The translations under genes and the position numbers were made by a program. From the NCBI GenBank assembly GCA_963737155.1, contig CAVTRN010000001.1:1600001-1664000 (forward strand): a stretch of DNA of 64,000 bases, given 5' to 3'. This stretch comes from Nitrospirota bacterium (lineage in GTDB: Bacteria > Nitrospirota > UBA9217). Below, piece by piece: positions 30,559-40,550 of the stretch (positions are counted from its first letter, which is position 1; every line of letters starts with the position of its first letter). Below the pieces are notes generated by a model. It searched no databases, was not told where the DNA came from, and saw nothing but the letters and a program-made list of their open reading frames with translations.

Positions 30559-30766
30559 GCAAAACAGCGCTGATACAGTGCCTCGAATTTTTTTTCTGAT
30601 TCTTACTCCGCGTTTACCGTAGATTCATCCACTATCAGATTACGATGCATCTCTGCTCGCGTTAATTATGGGTAATGTTAAGACGCCCAGTTATTACCAA
30701 TAATAATAGAAGCCGCTTATAATAATAAACCTAAATTAGGCAGTTTAAAAGCGAATTAGTCTATTC

Positions 30767-31060
30767 AAACCTGACATCAAGGTGCTGTTCTTCAGCGGAT
30801 ATACCGCCTATGTCGTTAATCAAAAAGGCTGCTCGACAGGGATCTGATTTTTTATAAAACAGTCCTGAAATACCCAGCAGCTTGCTGCTGGGATGAAAAG
30901 GACATCCTGGCGAAGCCAGGATAAGTCTTCAGCTTCTTTGTTGTGCTTTTTTAAGGTTTCAAGTTCCGATGCCCCGCAGCTTGCTGCGGGGTAATTCACT
31001 TTCAAGCCTGTTACTATGAACGAACTGCTCAGAAAAAAAAGGTCGATCCTCGACCGCTGA
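30767..31060 (+). pseudogene. receiver-domain C-terminal relic split by a palindromic element
   Basis: KPDIKVLFFSGYTA..GI*FFI then, after the element, KPVTMNELLRKKRSILDR*. Confidence 0.6.
30862..30999. mobile_element. palindrome-ended element, copy 3
   Basis: CCCAGCAGCTTGCTGCTGGG and CCCCGCAGCTTGCTGCGGGG terminal hairpins; internal ATCCTGGCGAAGCCAGGAT hairpin. Confidence 0.6.
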
Positions 31061-31207
31061 ACCCATGCCTCAAGCTACCCTTGGGCGTGTTGTTAGCCAT
31101 GCTAATCCGTAGTCAGATGCTGTTTTCAGGATTCATCAAACTGTCTCGCATTGCACCGCCCACCTAAATTGTTTTGCCTTGGGAAGTCAGGCAGAGTATA
31201 ATCTCCT

Positions 31208-32935
31208 ATGTCGCAAAAACTGCGTGACAAGACTGATTCTCTGCTCTCTGCGGAGCGCGGAACGGTGTATAAAGCCCGCGGCGCCGAGGTGGAGGTCGCG
31301 CTAGCCTATCCGAACTCCTACCATATCGGCATGTCGAACATTGGCATGCATCAGATCTATTTCCTGCTGAATAGGCGAAATGATACATCCTGTGAGCGGG
31401 TGTTCTTGCCCGATGACGAAGATATCAAAGAGTATGAAGTGAGCCATACGAAACTATTCAGCCTCGAAAGCAAACGGCCTATCAGCGATTTTGACATCCT
31501 GGCATTCTCGGTCTCGTTTGAGCAGGATTATCTGAACATCCTTGAAATGCTCCGGCTCGCTGGCATTCCCCAGGAGAAGGAAGAAAGAACATCCGGATAC
31601 CCCATTATCGTTCTTGGTGGCATCTGCTCGTTTTTCAATCCCGAACCGCTTACGGATTTTTTTGACCTCGTGATCGTGGGAGAAGGCGAAGAGGTTATAG
31701 GCGAATTTATCGACATGTTCAAGGCGAACCGCGGCTGCGACAGACACAAGCTCCTTCTGGCATGGAGCCGGATCCCCGGCGTGTATGTTCCCGAGTTCTA
31801 TGAAGTCCTGTTTAGTGCTGACGGCACGATAAGGGAGCGCAAAAAAAAGGAGCCCGGAGCGCCGGACAGGATCGTCAAACGCACGGTCCAGGGACTCGAC
31901 ACTTCTGCGGCTGCAACAGTCATTCTGACGCCCCATACCGAATTTAATGATCGCCGTTTGGTGGAAATAACGCGCGGCTGCGGCAGGCACTGCCGCTTCT
32001 GCATGGCAGGGTATATCTATCTTCCCCCAAGAAACCTCGGCATCGACGCAGCAACGGATCAGGCGCACCGGGCAGACGATCTCTGCGGCAGAATCGGGCT
32101 TGTGGGTGCCGCTATTTCGGACTATCCCTCGATCGGCGAACTTTGCACCGAGATCAGGGGAAGCGTTTCGATCTCTTCACTACGCGCCGACTCGGTAAGT
32201 GAAGACCTCATTAAATGTCTCGCGAAGAGCGGTTACAAAACAATTGCTGTGGCACCCGAAGCCGGGTCGGAACGGCTCAGAAAAGTCATCAACAAGGGAA
32301 TTAGAGAAGCCGACATTCTCCGGGCAGCAGATCTTATCTTCAGTCACGGTATTCCGAATCTTAAACTGTATTTCATCATCGGGCTGCCCACCGAGACCAT
32401 GGAGGACATTGAGGCGATCATCGCGCTTGCGAACCAAGCGCATGATGTGCAGCTCAAAAATGCACGGCCACTGGGCAGGATCGGAAGGATAACTTTGAGT
32501 GTCAATTCTTTTGTTCCCAAGCCTTTTACGCCGTTCCAGTGGGAGCCCATGGAGTCCATCGAAAACCTGAATAAAAAGATCCGCGCTCTTGACAAGTCAG
32601 TAAAAAGAATCGGGAACATGAACATGATCCACGATCTGCCGAAATGGGAATATATCCAGGCATTACTTTCGCGCGGCGACAGGAGGATCGGAAGGCTCAT
32701 CGCTGCCGCCCACGAACATGGAGGCGATTGGAAAAAGGCATCGAAAGCAACAGGCATCGATGCTGGCGTTTACGTGAGCCGCAGACGCGACTTTGACGAG
32801 ATCTTGCCCTGGGATTTTATTGACATCGGTGTGAGAAAAGAATATCTTAGAAATGAGCACGAGCGCGCGCTTGAAGGCAAGTTTACGCCACCCTGCAAGG
32901 TCGGTTCTTGCAAGACCTGCGGAGTGTGCAAATAG
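31208..32935 (+). CDS. radical SAM protein (B12-binding-like, TIGR03960/YgiQ-type)
   Basis: YPNSYHIGMSN, CGRHCRFC (CxxxCxxC), APEAGSERLR, FVPKPFTPFQW, C-terminal C..C..CGVC. Confidence 0.85.
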   Translation: MSQKLRDKTDSLLSAERGTVYKARGAEVEVALAYPNSYHIGMSNIGMHQIYFLLNRRNDTSCERVFLPDDEDIKEYEVSHTKLFSLESKRPISDFDILAFSVSFEQDYLNILEMLRLAGIPQEKEERTSGYPIIVLGGICSFFNPEPLTDFFDLVIVGEGEEVIGEFIDMFKANRGCDRHKLLLAWSRIPGVYVPEFYEVLFSADGTIRERKKKEPGAPDRIVKRTVQGLDTSAAATVILTPHTEFNDRRLVEITRGCGRHCRFCMAGYIYLPPRNLGIDAATDQAHRADDLCGRIGLVGAAISDYPSIGELCTEIRGSVSISSLRADSVSEDLIKCLAKSGYKTIAVAPEAGSERLRKVINKGIREADILRAADLIFSHGIPNLKLYFIIGLPTETMEDIEAIIALANQAHDVQLKNARPLGRIGRITLSVNSFVPKPFTPFQWEPMESIENLNKKIRALDKSVKRIGNMNMIHDLPKWEYIQALLSRGDRRIGRLIAAAHEHGGDWKKASKATGIDAGVYVSRRRDFDEILPWDFIDIGVRKEYLRNEHERALEGKFTPPCKVGSCKTCGVCK

Positions 32936-33025
32936 AGCATTAGTTATTCGCGGATGAACCTGGTAGGAAGCTCATGGAAATAAGTCTGCCCGATGAAATT
33001 GACAAAATGAAAGAAGGATCAACGT

Positions 33026-33811
33026 ATGCAGAGTGTTGAGGGAAAAATCTGGGATCTGCCAGGATTAACAAGCAGCCCCTATTTAACTATCCCAACGCTG
33101 AACGACCTGCAGCGAATCGCCCATGCTTTCACGACGAGGAACAAGAATCTCGGCGCGCGGAACAGAGGAATCAAAGTACCTTCTGACTGGGATGTTGTTG
33201 CCAATCTCTTCAATATTAGAGCCGATCGCGTGGTTACGGTGAATCAGGTTCATGGCAACACCGTCGTTATCGTGAATGACCACAACTACCTTGCTATGCA
33301 GACAATAGAGGCTGATGCTATGATTACGAGCACGCCGGGCATCGCCATCGGAGTCGAGACTGCGGACTGCGTCCCAATCCTGCTGATAGATCCGACGGTC
33401 CCCTCTGTTGCAGCTATCCATGCAGGGTGGCGGAGCACAGTGAGGAGCATTGTCCGCAATACCGTGAGAGTGATGCATAAAAAGTTTGGTTCGGACCCAA
33501 CGCATCTGATCGCTGCTTTCGGTCCAGCCATCGGACCGGAATGCTACGAAGTAGACGAGCTGGTCATGGGGCCGGTACGAGAAGTTTTTCCCTTCTGGGC
33601 GGACCTGGTGTCTCCGCGCGGACAAGAGAAATGGAGTCTGGACCTGGTCAAGGCAAACAGAATGGAGATGCTGCAGGCCGGGCTGGAGGCAAAGAACATA
33701 CATTCACTGGGAATGTGCACCTCCTGCAGAAGGGACCTGTTCTATTCCTTCCGGGCTGAGGGAAAGACCGGGAGGATGCTATCAATCGTGATGATTAAGC
33801 CGCAAAAATAA
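33026..33811 (+). CDS. pgeF: peptidoglycan editing factor / purine nucleoside phosphorylase (YfiH family)
   Basis: QVHG, TADCVPIL, HAGWRS, GPAIGPECYEV, FYSFR. Confidence 0.9.
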   Translation: MQSVEGKIWDLPGLTSSPYLTIPTLNDLQRIAHAFTTRNKNLGARNRGIKVPSDWDVVANLFNIRADRVVTVNQVHGNTVVIVNDHNYLAMQTIEADAMITSTPGIAIGVETADCVPILLIDPTVPSVAAIHAGWRSTVRSIVRNTVRVMHKKFGSDPTHLIAAFGPAIGPECYEVDELVMGPVREVFPFWADLVSPRGQEKWSLDLVKANRMEMLQAGLEAKNIHSLGMCTSCRRDLFYSFRAEGKTGRMLSIVMIKPQK

Positions 33812-33899
33812 TCTACTGCAAAGCCGTCATGTTAGAGAAGAGATGCTTATCAAACAATCAAGATTCATTTTCTAGATTTTTGTGAGAGTATTTTCCCCT

Positions 33900-34586
33900 A
33901 TGTCGATTTCAGACAACATTAAAAAGGTTAAGGACAGGATCGCTTCAGCGGCGCGGCACGCTGGCCGTGATCCGTTATCTATTAAGCTGATCGTTGTCAC
34001 TAAAACCGTTGATGTCGAGAGGATTCGCGAGGCTGTAGCAGCGGGAGTGGGAGACCTCGGCGAAAACCGGGTCCAGGAGGCAAAGGAAAAAATCGAACAG
34101 ACCGGCTCCCTTGCGTGCTGGCACCTGATCGGACATCTTCAGTCGAACAAGGCAAAATACGCAGTGAAGCTCTTTGATCTCATTCACTCTATCGACAGCA
34201 TTGAGCTGGCGCAAGAGGTTGACAAACAGGCGGCAAAGATCGGGAAGATACAGAATATTCTCATCGAGGTGAATATTTCCGGTGAAGCGAGCAAAGCCGG
34301 TATCGCAGCCGTTGATGCTGCTAACCTTGTCGGAAAAGCTGCGGTTCTGAAGAACATTTCGATCAAAGGGCTTATGACCGTGCCGCCTTTTTTTGGCAAT
34401 GCAGAAGAGGTAAGACCATATTTTAAAAAATTGAGTGATTTGTCGGCACGAATCAAGAACGAAAATATTTTGCAGGTATCCATGGGAGAATTATCTATGG
34501 GCATGAGCGGCGATTTTGCAGTTGCTGTGGAAGAAGGCGCTACCATGGTAAGGGTAGGTACGGCAATATTCGGGGCGAGAGCCTAG
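33900..34586 (+). CDS. yggS: PLP homeostasis protein
   Basis: VVTK, GENRVQE, HLIGHLQSNK, LSMGMSGDF, VRVGTAIFG. Confidence 0.95.
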   Translation: MSISDNIKKVKDRIASAARHAGRDPLSIKLIVVTKTVDVERIREAVAAGVGDLGENRVQEAKEKIEQTGSLACWHLIGHLQSNKAKYAVKLFDLIHSIDSIELAQEVDKQAAKIGKIQNILIEVNISGEASKAGIAAVDAANLVGKAAVLKNISIKGLMTVPPFFGNAEEVRPYFKKLSDLSARIKNENILQVSMGELSMGMSGDFAVAVEEGATMVRVGTAIFGARA

Positions 34587-34690
34587 GATAATTTCGTCAT
34601 AGAAGCAGAGGGGAAAAAGAAGACCGAGGGCTAACCTCGTGACTCCCCCCCATTATCAAAAGGAAAACCCGAACAGGAGTTGGAGGATAC

Positions 34691-35506
34691 ATGACAATCA
34701 ATGCAAAAATCGCATTCATCGGCAGCGGGAACATGGCTGAGGCGCTCATCAAAGGATTGATTGTGGCGGGAACTGCGAAGGCGAATCAGATTATGGGAAC
34801 GGATGTTTCGACTGACCGTCTTGACCATCTCAAAAAGACCTACGGTATCAGCGCCGCTAAATCGAATATCGAAGCCGCGCACGAGGCGGGGGTCATCATC
34901 CTGAGCGTCAAACCCCAAATTATTGAAAGAGTCTTGACAGAAATATCCTCCGTAGTGGATGATAAAAAGCTGGTCATTTCCATAGCAGCAGGAATCGCCC
35001 TTGCGAAGATCGAAAAATCCTTGAGAGAAACGGCCCGCATCGTGCGCGTCATGCCGAATACGCCAGCACTCGTGCTAGCGGGAGTGGCAGCGCTGTCTGC
35101 GGGAAAGAATGTTACGAACGAGGATCTCGCCCTCGCACAGAGTATATTTAACTCCGTGGGCAGAACTGTGATAGTTGATGAGAAACTTATGGACGCGGTA
35201 ACCGGCCTCTCTGGGAGCGGCCCGGCTTATATTTTCATGATCATCGATTCACTCTCCGACGCGGGCGTGAAGGTCGGTCTGCCCCGGTCGCTTGCGCTCG
35301 AGCTTGCTGCACAGACTGTTTACGGCTCCTCCAAAATGGTGTTGGAAACCAATGAGCATCCCGGCAAACTTCGGGACATGGTGACGTCCCCGGGCGGGAC
35401 CACGATCGAAGGGTTGCATGCACTCGAAAAAGGAAAGCTGCGGGCCACGCTCATGAATGCCGTGGAGGCGGCAACAGCGCGGAGCAAAGAGCTAGGAAGT
35501 CAATAA
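34691..35506 (+). CDS. proC: pyrroline-5-carboxylate reductase
   Basis: GSGNMAEA, RVMPNTP, SGSGPAY, VTSPGGTT. Confidence 0.96.
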   Translation: MTINAKIAFIGSGNMAEALIKGLIVAGTAKANQIMGTDVSTDRLDHLKKTYGISAAKSNIEAAHEAGVIILSVKPQIIERVLTEISSVVDDKKLVISIAAGIALAKIEKSLRETARIVRVMPNTPALVLAGVAALSAGKNVTNEDLALAQSIFNSVGRTVIVDEKLMDAVTGLSGSGPAYIFMIIDSLSDAGVKVGLPRSLALELAAQTVYGSSKMVLETNEHPGKLRDMVTSPGGTTIEGLHALEKGKLRATLMNAVEAATARSKELGSQ

Positions 35507-35556
35507 AAACCATCGTATCTAAGGAGTCGAAAGATCACGAGATGCAGGGAGGAAGA

Positions 35557-35856
35557 ATGTTCGTATTCGGAAATGTCATTCTGGGGGTTGCCAAGGTGCT
35601 CGATGTGGTATTGAATATCTATATGTGGGTCATTATCATACGTGCGCTCATATCGTGGGTAAACCCGGACCCCTATAACCCGATTGTGCAGTTTCTGACA
35701 CGTGTTACCGAGCCGGTGCTCAGGCCGATCAGAAAGCTGGTCCCGCCTTATAAAATCGGCATTGATCTGTCGCCACTCATAGCTATTCTTATAATTATTT
35801 TCTTACAGTACGCCGTCGTCGAAACGCTCAGGCGCGTCGGTTACTCTATGGGATAA
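35557..35856 (+). CDS. yggT: YggT family membrane protein
   Basis: RALISWVNPDPYNP, TEPVL, IDLSP. Confidence 0.9.
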   Translation: MFVFGNVILGVAKVLDVVLNIYMWVIIIRALISWVNPDPYNPIVQFLTRVTEPVLRPIRKLVPPYKIGIDLSPLIAILIIIFLQYAVVETLRRVGYSMG

Positions 35857-35892
35857 AAAAGAGATTTTGCCACACAGTAAGGGAGGCAATGT

Positions 35893-36384
35893 ATGGTTGA
35901 AGGTTTCAAAGTGACCCCAATCGACATCCAACAGAAACGATTTCATATCGGGTTTCGCGGTTATGAACGCACCGAAGTGGAAATGTTTCTCGACCTGGTA
36001 CGGGATGAGATGGAAACGCTAATTCGCGAATTGATGGATCTGCGTGAATTCAAGCAGTCCTACGATCAGCGGCTTCGCGAATTGATCGAAAAAGAGGAAG
36101 TGGTCAAAAAAACGATGTTTATGACCCAAAAACTTATGGAGGACCAGAAGGACAACGCGCACAGGGAAGCGGCGCTCATCATCAAGGATGCGGAAATCCG
36201 CAGTCTTCAGATTGTGGGAAGCGCACACGAGGGGAAAAGTCGGTTGGATGCGGAAATACGGGAACTCAGCAGACGCAAGCATCACTATCTTGAGGATATG
36301 AAGAAGGTGATCCAGATGCACCAGGAGATGATCAATTTCGAGGAGACGGGCGCTGATGCCAAAGAAGAGCCCCCCCAGGAATGA
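35893..36384 (+). CDS. DivIVA domain protein
   Basis: TPIDIQQKRF..FRGY...EV..FLD followed by coiled coil. Confidence 0.88.
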   Translation: MVEGFKVTPIDIQQKRFHIGFRGYERTEVEMFLDLVRDEMETLIRELMDLREFKQSYDQRLRELIEKEEVVKKTMFMTQKLMEDQKDNAHREAALIIKDAEIRSLQIVGSAHEGKSRLDAEIRELSRRKHHYLEDMKKVIQMHQEMINFEETGADAKEEPPQE

Positions 36385-36667
36385 GACAGCCCCAGCGATC
36401 GCTTTGCTCTCAGTCCGAATCCAGCCGCGGGCATCTAAAAACGAAATTATCCTCATGGAGAATGGTAGGCTTAAGATCCGGTTGACAGCGCCGCCCGTTG
36501 ACGGAGCCGCGAATGATGCACTAGTCAGGTTTCTTGCCGAACGTCTATCGATCGCCAAAACAAAGGTGGAGATCATTTCCGGCCATAAGGGGAGAGTGAA
36601 GGTCATTGGGGTCAATGGAATGAGCAGTGAGGCTGTTGAAAGGATATTGAATATAAAGAGGGAATAG
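36356..36667 (+). CDS. DUF167 (YggU) family protein
   Basis: VRIQPRAS, LTAPPVDGAAN, ISGHKGRVK. Confidence 0.88.
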   Translation: MPKKSPPRNETAPAIALLSVRIQPRASKNEIILMENGRLKIRLTAPPVDGAANDALVRFLAERLSIAKTKVEIISGHKGRVKVIGVNGMSSEAVERILNIKRE

Positions 36668-36747
36668 GGTAAAATATAGCAGAGAGAAGTTTTTTTCATT
36701 TTACTCTAAAAATTGTGAAATTTGGACTGAAAAGTGTATTTGAAAAA

Positions 36748-37100
36748 GGGGGCGACAGGTTTCGACGGGGATCGAGATGTCAGGAGTTGCATGCCGAGGT
36801 GCCATGGGGCTCGTAAAATACATGGTAAATAACAACTGCCAATAATGAACTGGCACTCGCTGCCTAATTTAGGCTAGCGCGTCTCCCGGCCGGCGCCTGA
36901 ACAGTCGAAGGGACGTCAAAAACCAGGCTGGTCTTTCTGACTTCGTCCGGGGCGGAAAGACGAGACAAACCGGGCTGGCCAATTCCAAAGCTTTCCCCAA
37001 GGCGGTGGATGAGGTAAGAGTTTAAAATGAGGGGATAAGCATGTATGAGCTTCTGGCTGAAGGTTTTCGGACGTGGGTTCGATTCCCACCGCCTCCACCA
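36748..37100 (+). ncRNA. ssrA: tmRNA; tag (A)ANNELALAA* at 36838-36867
   Basis: 5' GGGGGCGACAGGTTTCGAC, 3' GTGGGTTCGATTCCCACCGCCTCCACCA, acceptor stem with G3.U pair, tag reading frame. Confidence 0.97.
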
Positions 37101-37171
37101 TTTAAGTTATTGAAAAATAAAGGCTTTTTAGTGTTTTTGTGGGTTTCTACAAATAATAAGTTGTGATTGAC

Positions 37172-37208
37172 TTAAGGCTGATTTCTAATGAGATCAGCCT
37201 TTTTTTTG
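37172..37208 (+). terminator. intrinsic terminator after ssrA
   Basis: AAGGCTGAT...ATCAGCCTT followed by T-run. Confidence 0.75.
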
Positions 37209-37444
37209 CGCCATCAGTCACCAATGCTGTAATAGGCGGTTCCGTGATAATTTATCTAATAAGATTGAACGCCACACTGATATTTCTATCCGTGATTTCC
37301 TTCTTTGTCATTTGTTCGCACCTTTTAGGTATTATCGCGCGGGATTAGTTTTTGAAGTGAACTCAATGCCATAGTACAGTTAGTATCATTGCCTTTGAAG
37401 TAATAATTCAGGTTGAAATGTGCAATTATTTCGATTCATAATAA

Positions 37445-39027
37445 GAGCCTGTTGCATAAATCATTTGACATTAATATACGAATAGTATAGTATTGGTCAT
37501 CACGCATATAAGGAGACGCTGGATGGCCTACAATTTCAAAGACTGTAACCGAGATCAAGTATATCTCATGCCGCCCACCTTGCAGGAGTGGCTGCCATCC
37601 AAGGACCTTGTTTGGATGGTCCTTGACGTCGTGGCAGAAATGGATCTTACGGCATTCTACCGAAAATACCGTCAGGACGGAAAAGGCCAGGCAGCTTTTG
37701 AGCCGTCAATGATGGTCTCCCTGCTGTTATATGCCTACAGCCTCGGTATCCGATCATCCCGTGAGATCGAGAAGCTTTGCGAACGGGACATCGGATTCAA
37801 GGTAATTGCCGCCAACCAAGTTCCGGACCACTGCACCATCAGCCGATTTCGGAAGGACAACGGCCAGGCACTGGAGGGGCTGTTCAAACAGATGCTCAAG
37901 CTCTGCAAGGAAGCCGGGCTCGTCAAAGTCGGCATCGTGGCCCTTGACGGGAGCAAGATAAAGGCTAACGCAGCCCTGGAAGCCAACCGCACGTACGAAC
38001 ATATCGAGCAGGAAGTGAAGAGGATGCTCGATGAAGCGGAGGCCAAGGACACCGAGGAAGACCGGCAGTACGGCCAAAACAAACGGGGCGACGAACTTCC
38101 TGATGAACTTGCCGACCGAACCAGCCGCAGAGCCCGCCTTGCCGCGTGCAAAAAGCGGTTGGAAGAACAGGCTGCAGAGGCAGCAGCCGAGCAACAGTCA
38201 AAGATCGAAGAACGACAGGCCCAAGAGGCTGAAACCGGCAGCAAGAAACGGGGCCGCAAACCTCAGGAGCCTGATCCGACGCCATCGTCGGAAGCGAAGG
38301 CCAATATGACTGATCCGGACAGCAGGATCATGAAAACCCGAAGCGGATATGTTCAGGGCTACAACAGCCAGGCCGTGGTCACCAAGGAGCAGATCATCAT
38401 CGCCGCCGAGGTCACGAACCAGGAAAACGACATCAACCAGCTGCATCCCATGATCCAGAAGGCCCAGGAGAACTTAAACGAGATCGCCCTGCAAAAAGAA
38501 CTGAAGATCGAAATATCTCTGAGCGATGCCGGCTACGCAAGTGAGAAGAACTTTGCGGCCATCACTCCCGACGGTCCCGAACATCTTATCGCAACCAAGA
38601 AAGACTGGAAGCAACGTAAAGAGGCCGCCGCATCATCCCCGCCCCAAGGGAGGATACCAAAAAGCCTGACACTCCGGCAGAGGATGGAGAGGAAGCTCCT
38701 GACCAAGCGGGGCAGAGAGCTTTATAAGAAACGAGGCCAGACCGTCGAACCGATCTTTGGCCAGATTAAAGACAATCGCGGCATCCGGCACTACATGCGC
38801 CGAGGGATTGAAGCCTGCTCCCAGGAATGGAAACTCATCTGCGCGACGCACAATCTCTTGAAGCTTTGGCGAAGCGGCAAAGAGATTGCGGCCCAGATGG
38901 CAGTATAAAGAACGAAAACGACAGCTGATTCATGCCGTGTGCTTCGCAGAGATACCCCATTTGCAGTCTGGCACTATCCCATATGGGCGATCATAAACGG
39001 CTATGCTGGCATTTGAGCAACAGGCTC
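37445..39027 (+). mobile_element. IS1182-family insertion sequence (1583 bp)
   Basis: Inverted repeats GAGCCTGTTGCATAAAT / GAGCCTGTTGCTCAAAT; ATAA duplicated at 37441-37444 and 39028-39031. Confidence 0.9.
37493..38908 (+). CDS. IS1182-family DDE transposase
   Basis: SSREIEK, PDHCTISRFR, LDGSKIKANA, TDPDSRIM, DAGY, VEPIFGQIK; true start may be MAYNF. Confidence 0.92.
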   Translation: MVITHIRRRWMAYNFKDCNRDQVYLMPPTLQEWLPSKDLVWMVLDVVAEMDLTAFYRKYRQDGKGQAAFEPSMMVSLLLYAYSLGIRSSREIEKLCERDIGFKVIAANQVPDHCTISRFRKDNGQALEGLFKQMLKLCKEAGLVKVGIVALDGSKIKANAALEANRTYEHIEQEVKRMLDEAEAKDTEEDRQYGQNKRGDELPDELADRTSRRARLAACKKRLEEQAAEAAAEQQSKIEERQAQEAETGSKKRGRKPQEPDPTPSSEAKANMTDPDSRIMKTRSGYVQGYNSQAVVTKEQIIIAAEVTNQENDINQLHPMIQKAQENLNEIALQKELKIEISLSDAGYASEKNFAAITPDGPEHLIATKKDWKQRKEAAASSPPQGRIPKSLTLRQRMERKLLTKRGRELYKKRGQTVEPIFGQIKDNRGIRHYMRRGIEACSQEWKLICATHNLLKLWRSGKEIAAQMAV

Positions 39028-39040
39028 ATAACTCGCGACC

Positions 39041-39107
39041 TTCTTCCTGAATCTGTTGAAGTTGCCATTCTTCGCAACACATAAAGTTTCAATCTGAATT
39101 CATTAAC
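39041..39107. repeat. 67-bp direct repeat, copy A
   Basis: Gapless match to 41901-41967, 54/67 identical by manual count. Confidence 0.7.
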
Positions 39108-39323
39108 GTTATATATGGGTAGAACATGGGGTTATATACCCTTAGAATCACCGCTCGACACTATTGTCATAAATATAAAACAAGCCTTTTGTCCTGACAA
39201 CTTATAGCAATGGATATGTTTGTTTGAATCGCCAGGATCGTCTTCTACCGGACTAACATCGGATGCTCAGCATTATCGGAACGGATTCCACTCCGCTAAT
39301 AACTGTGGTCACCGATTTCTCCT

Positions 39324-40550
39324 TCACAAGAGTCGTTCCTCTTTCCCCCCCATCTCAACCGCTTTTTTTATCTCTTCTTTGAGGTGCTCCGGAAGCCCCT
39401 TTATCTCAATATCCAAAAAACCTCTGACAATGGCGGCAGTCGCCTCTTCACCGGTCAGTCCCCGCGCCATTAGATACTGGATCTCTTCCTCTGCGATCTT
39501 TCCGACAGCGGCCTCGTGGGACATATCGACGCCGCTCACTCTGCCGTCGAGCTCGGGGATGGCGAGGATCGAGCCCCGTTCGGAGAGAATGAGCCCCCGG
39601 CATTCCAGATGAGCCTTGATACCGGGAACCTCACCGATCAAGTTCCCCCTCGCGACAATGGCGCCCCCCTTCGTGATCGCCCTTGCAACGACCTCCGCCC
39701 TGCTTCCCTTCGCTCTCAGAAAGACCTTGGAGCCCACATCCATATTCGATCCCTCCGGCGCCAAAAGAACGGTATTGTACCTGACCGTCGCGTTTTCGCC
39801 AATGCAGTACGCGGCGGGATACATCTGGAGGGTCTTTACCGGTCGCATGCAGATGTAGTTGCTCATGAAAACGCCATTTTCTTCCACGATCGTACCGGTC
39901 CTGGGTCTCACCGCCACGTCCTCAGCCCAGTTATGGATCATGGTAAAAGTGACCTTTGCGTTTTTCTGCACGTAAAACTCGGAGACGCCGACATGGAGCC
40001 CCGACTTAACTGTCTGAGCAGTCGTGCAGCCGGTGATTATATGGAGCTCTGAACCCTCCTCGGCTATGATTACGTTGTGTACGTTCTGAGCCATGCCTTC
40101 CTGTGTCATGTAAAGGCAGGCCTGCAGAGGAAATTCCACCTTCGCCCCGGTCAGGGCACGCAAAAAGTAGCCATGATGCTGTTTCAGCTCCGCCTGGGCT
40201 GTATACTTGTCCGCGTCCACCTGCACGGCCTTCCACCAGTAGTCTCTGAGCCACTCGTATTTTTTAAGCGCCTCTGTGATGCTCATCACTTCAAGGCCGT
40301 CTTGATACGCCGAAGAGAGCATGACCGAATGGTCCATCTGGAAAAATGACCCTGCCCTGCATACCTCCTCCGGATCAATACCCACGGTGGCAGCCCGCTC
40401 CTTTACCTCATCGGTCAGCCCCGTCAATCTTTGAATCTCACTATGCTCCTCTGCCTGGCCGGAATATGCGGCGAGATCGATATCTGAACCGATGGCTGCA
40501 GGTTTCTTCTCAGCATCTCTTGCTCTTTCCTGAATAGTTACCTTCGGCAT
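39324..40550 (-). CDS. SufB/SufD-family Fe-S scaffold (SmsB-like)
   Basis: QNVHNVIIAEEGSELHIITGC, GVSEFY, AHLECRGLIL, SHEAAVGKIAEEEIQYLMARG. Confidence 0.88.
   Translation of the reverse strand: MPKVTIQERARDAEKKPAAIGSDIDLAAYSGQAEEHSEIQRLTGLTDEVKERAATVGIDPEEVCRAGSFFQMDHSVMLSSAYQDGLEVMSITEALKKYEWLRDYWWKAVQVDADKYTAQAELKQHHGYFLRALTGAKVEFPLQACLYMTQEGMAQNVHNVIIAEEGSELHIITGCTTAQTVKSGLHVGVSEFYVQKNAKVTFTMIHNWAEDVAVRPRTGTIVEENGVFMSNYICMRPVKTLQMYPAAYCIGENATVRYNTVLLAPEGSNMDVGSKVFLRAKGSRAEVVARAITKGGAIVARGNLIGEVPGIKAHLECRGLILSERGSILAIPELDGRVSGVDMSHEAAVGKIAEEEIQYLMARGLTGEEATAAIVRGFLDIEIKGLPEHLKEEIKKAVEMGGKEERLL

Noticed and set aside
36916-37101. 61-aa minus-strand ORF (MVEAVGIEPTS...)
   Set aside because: Antisense shadow of tmRNA
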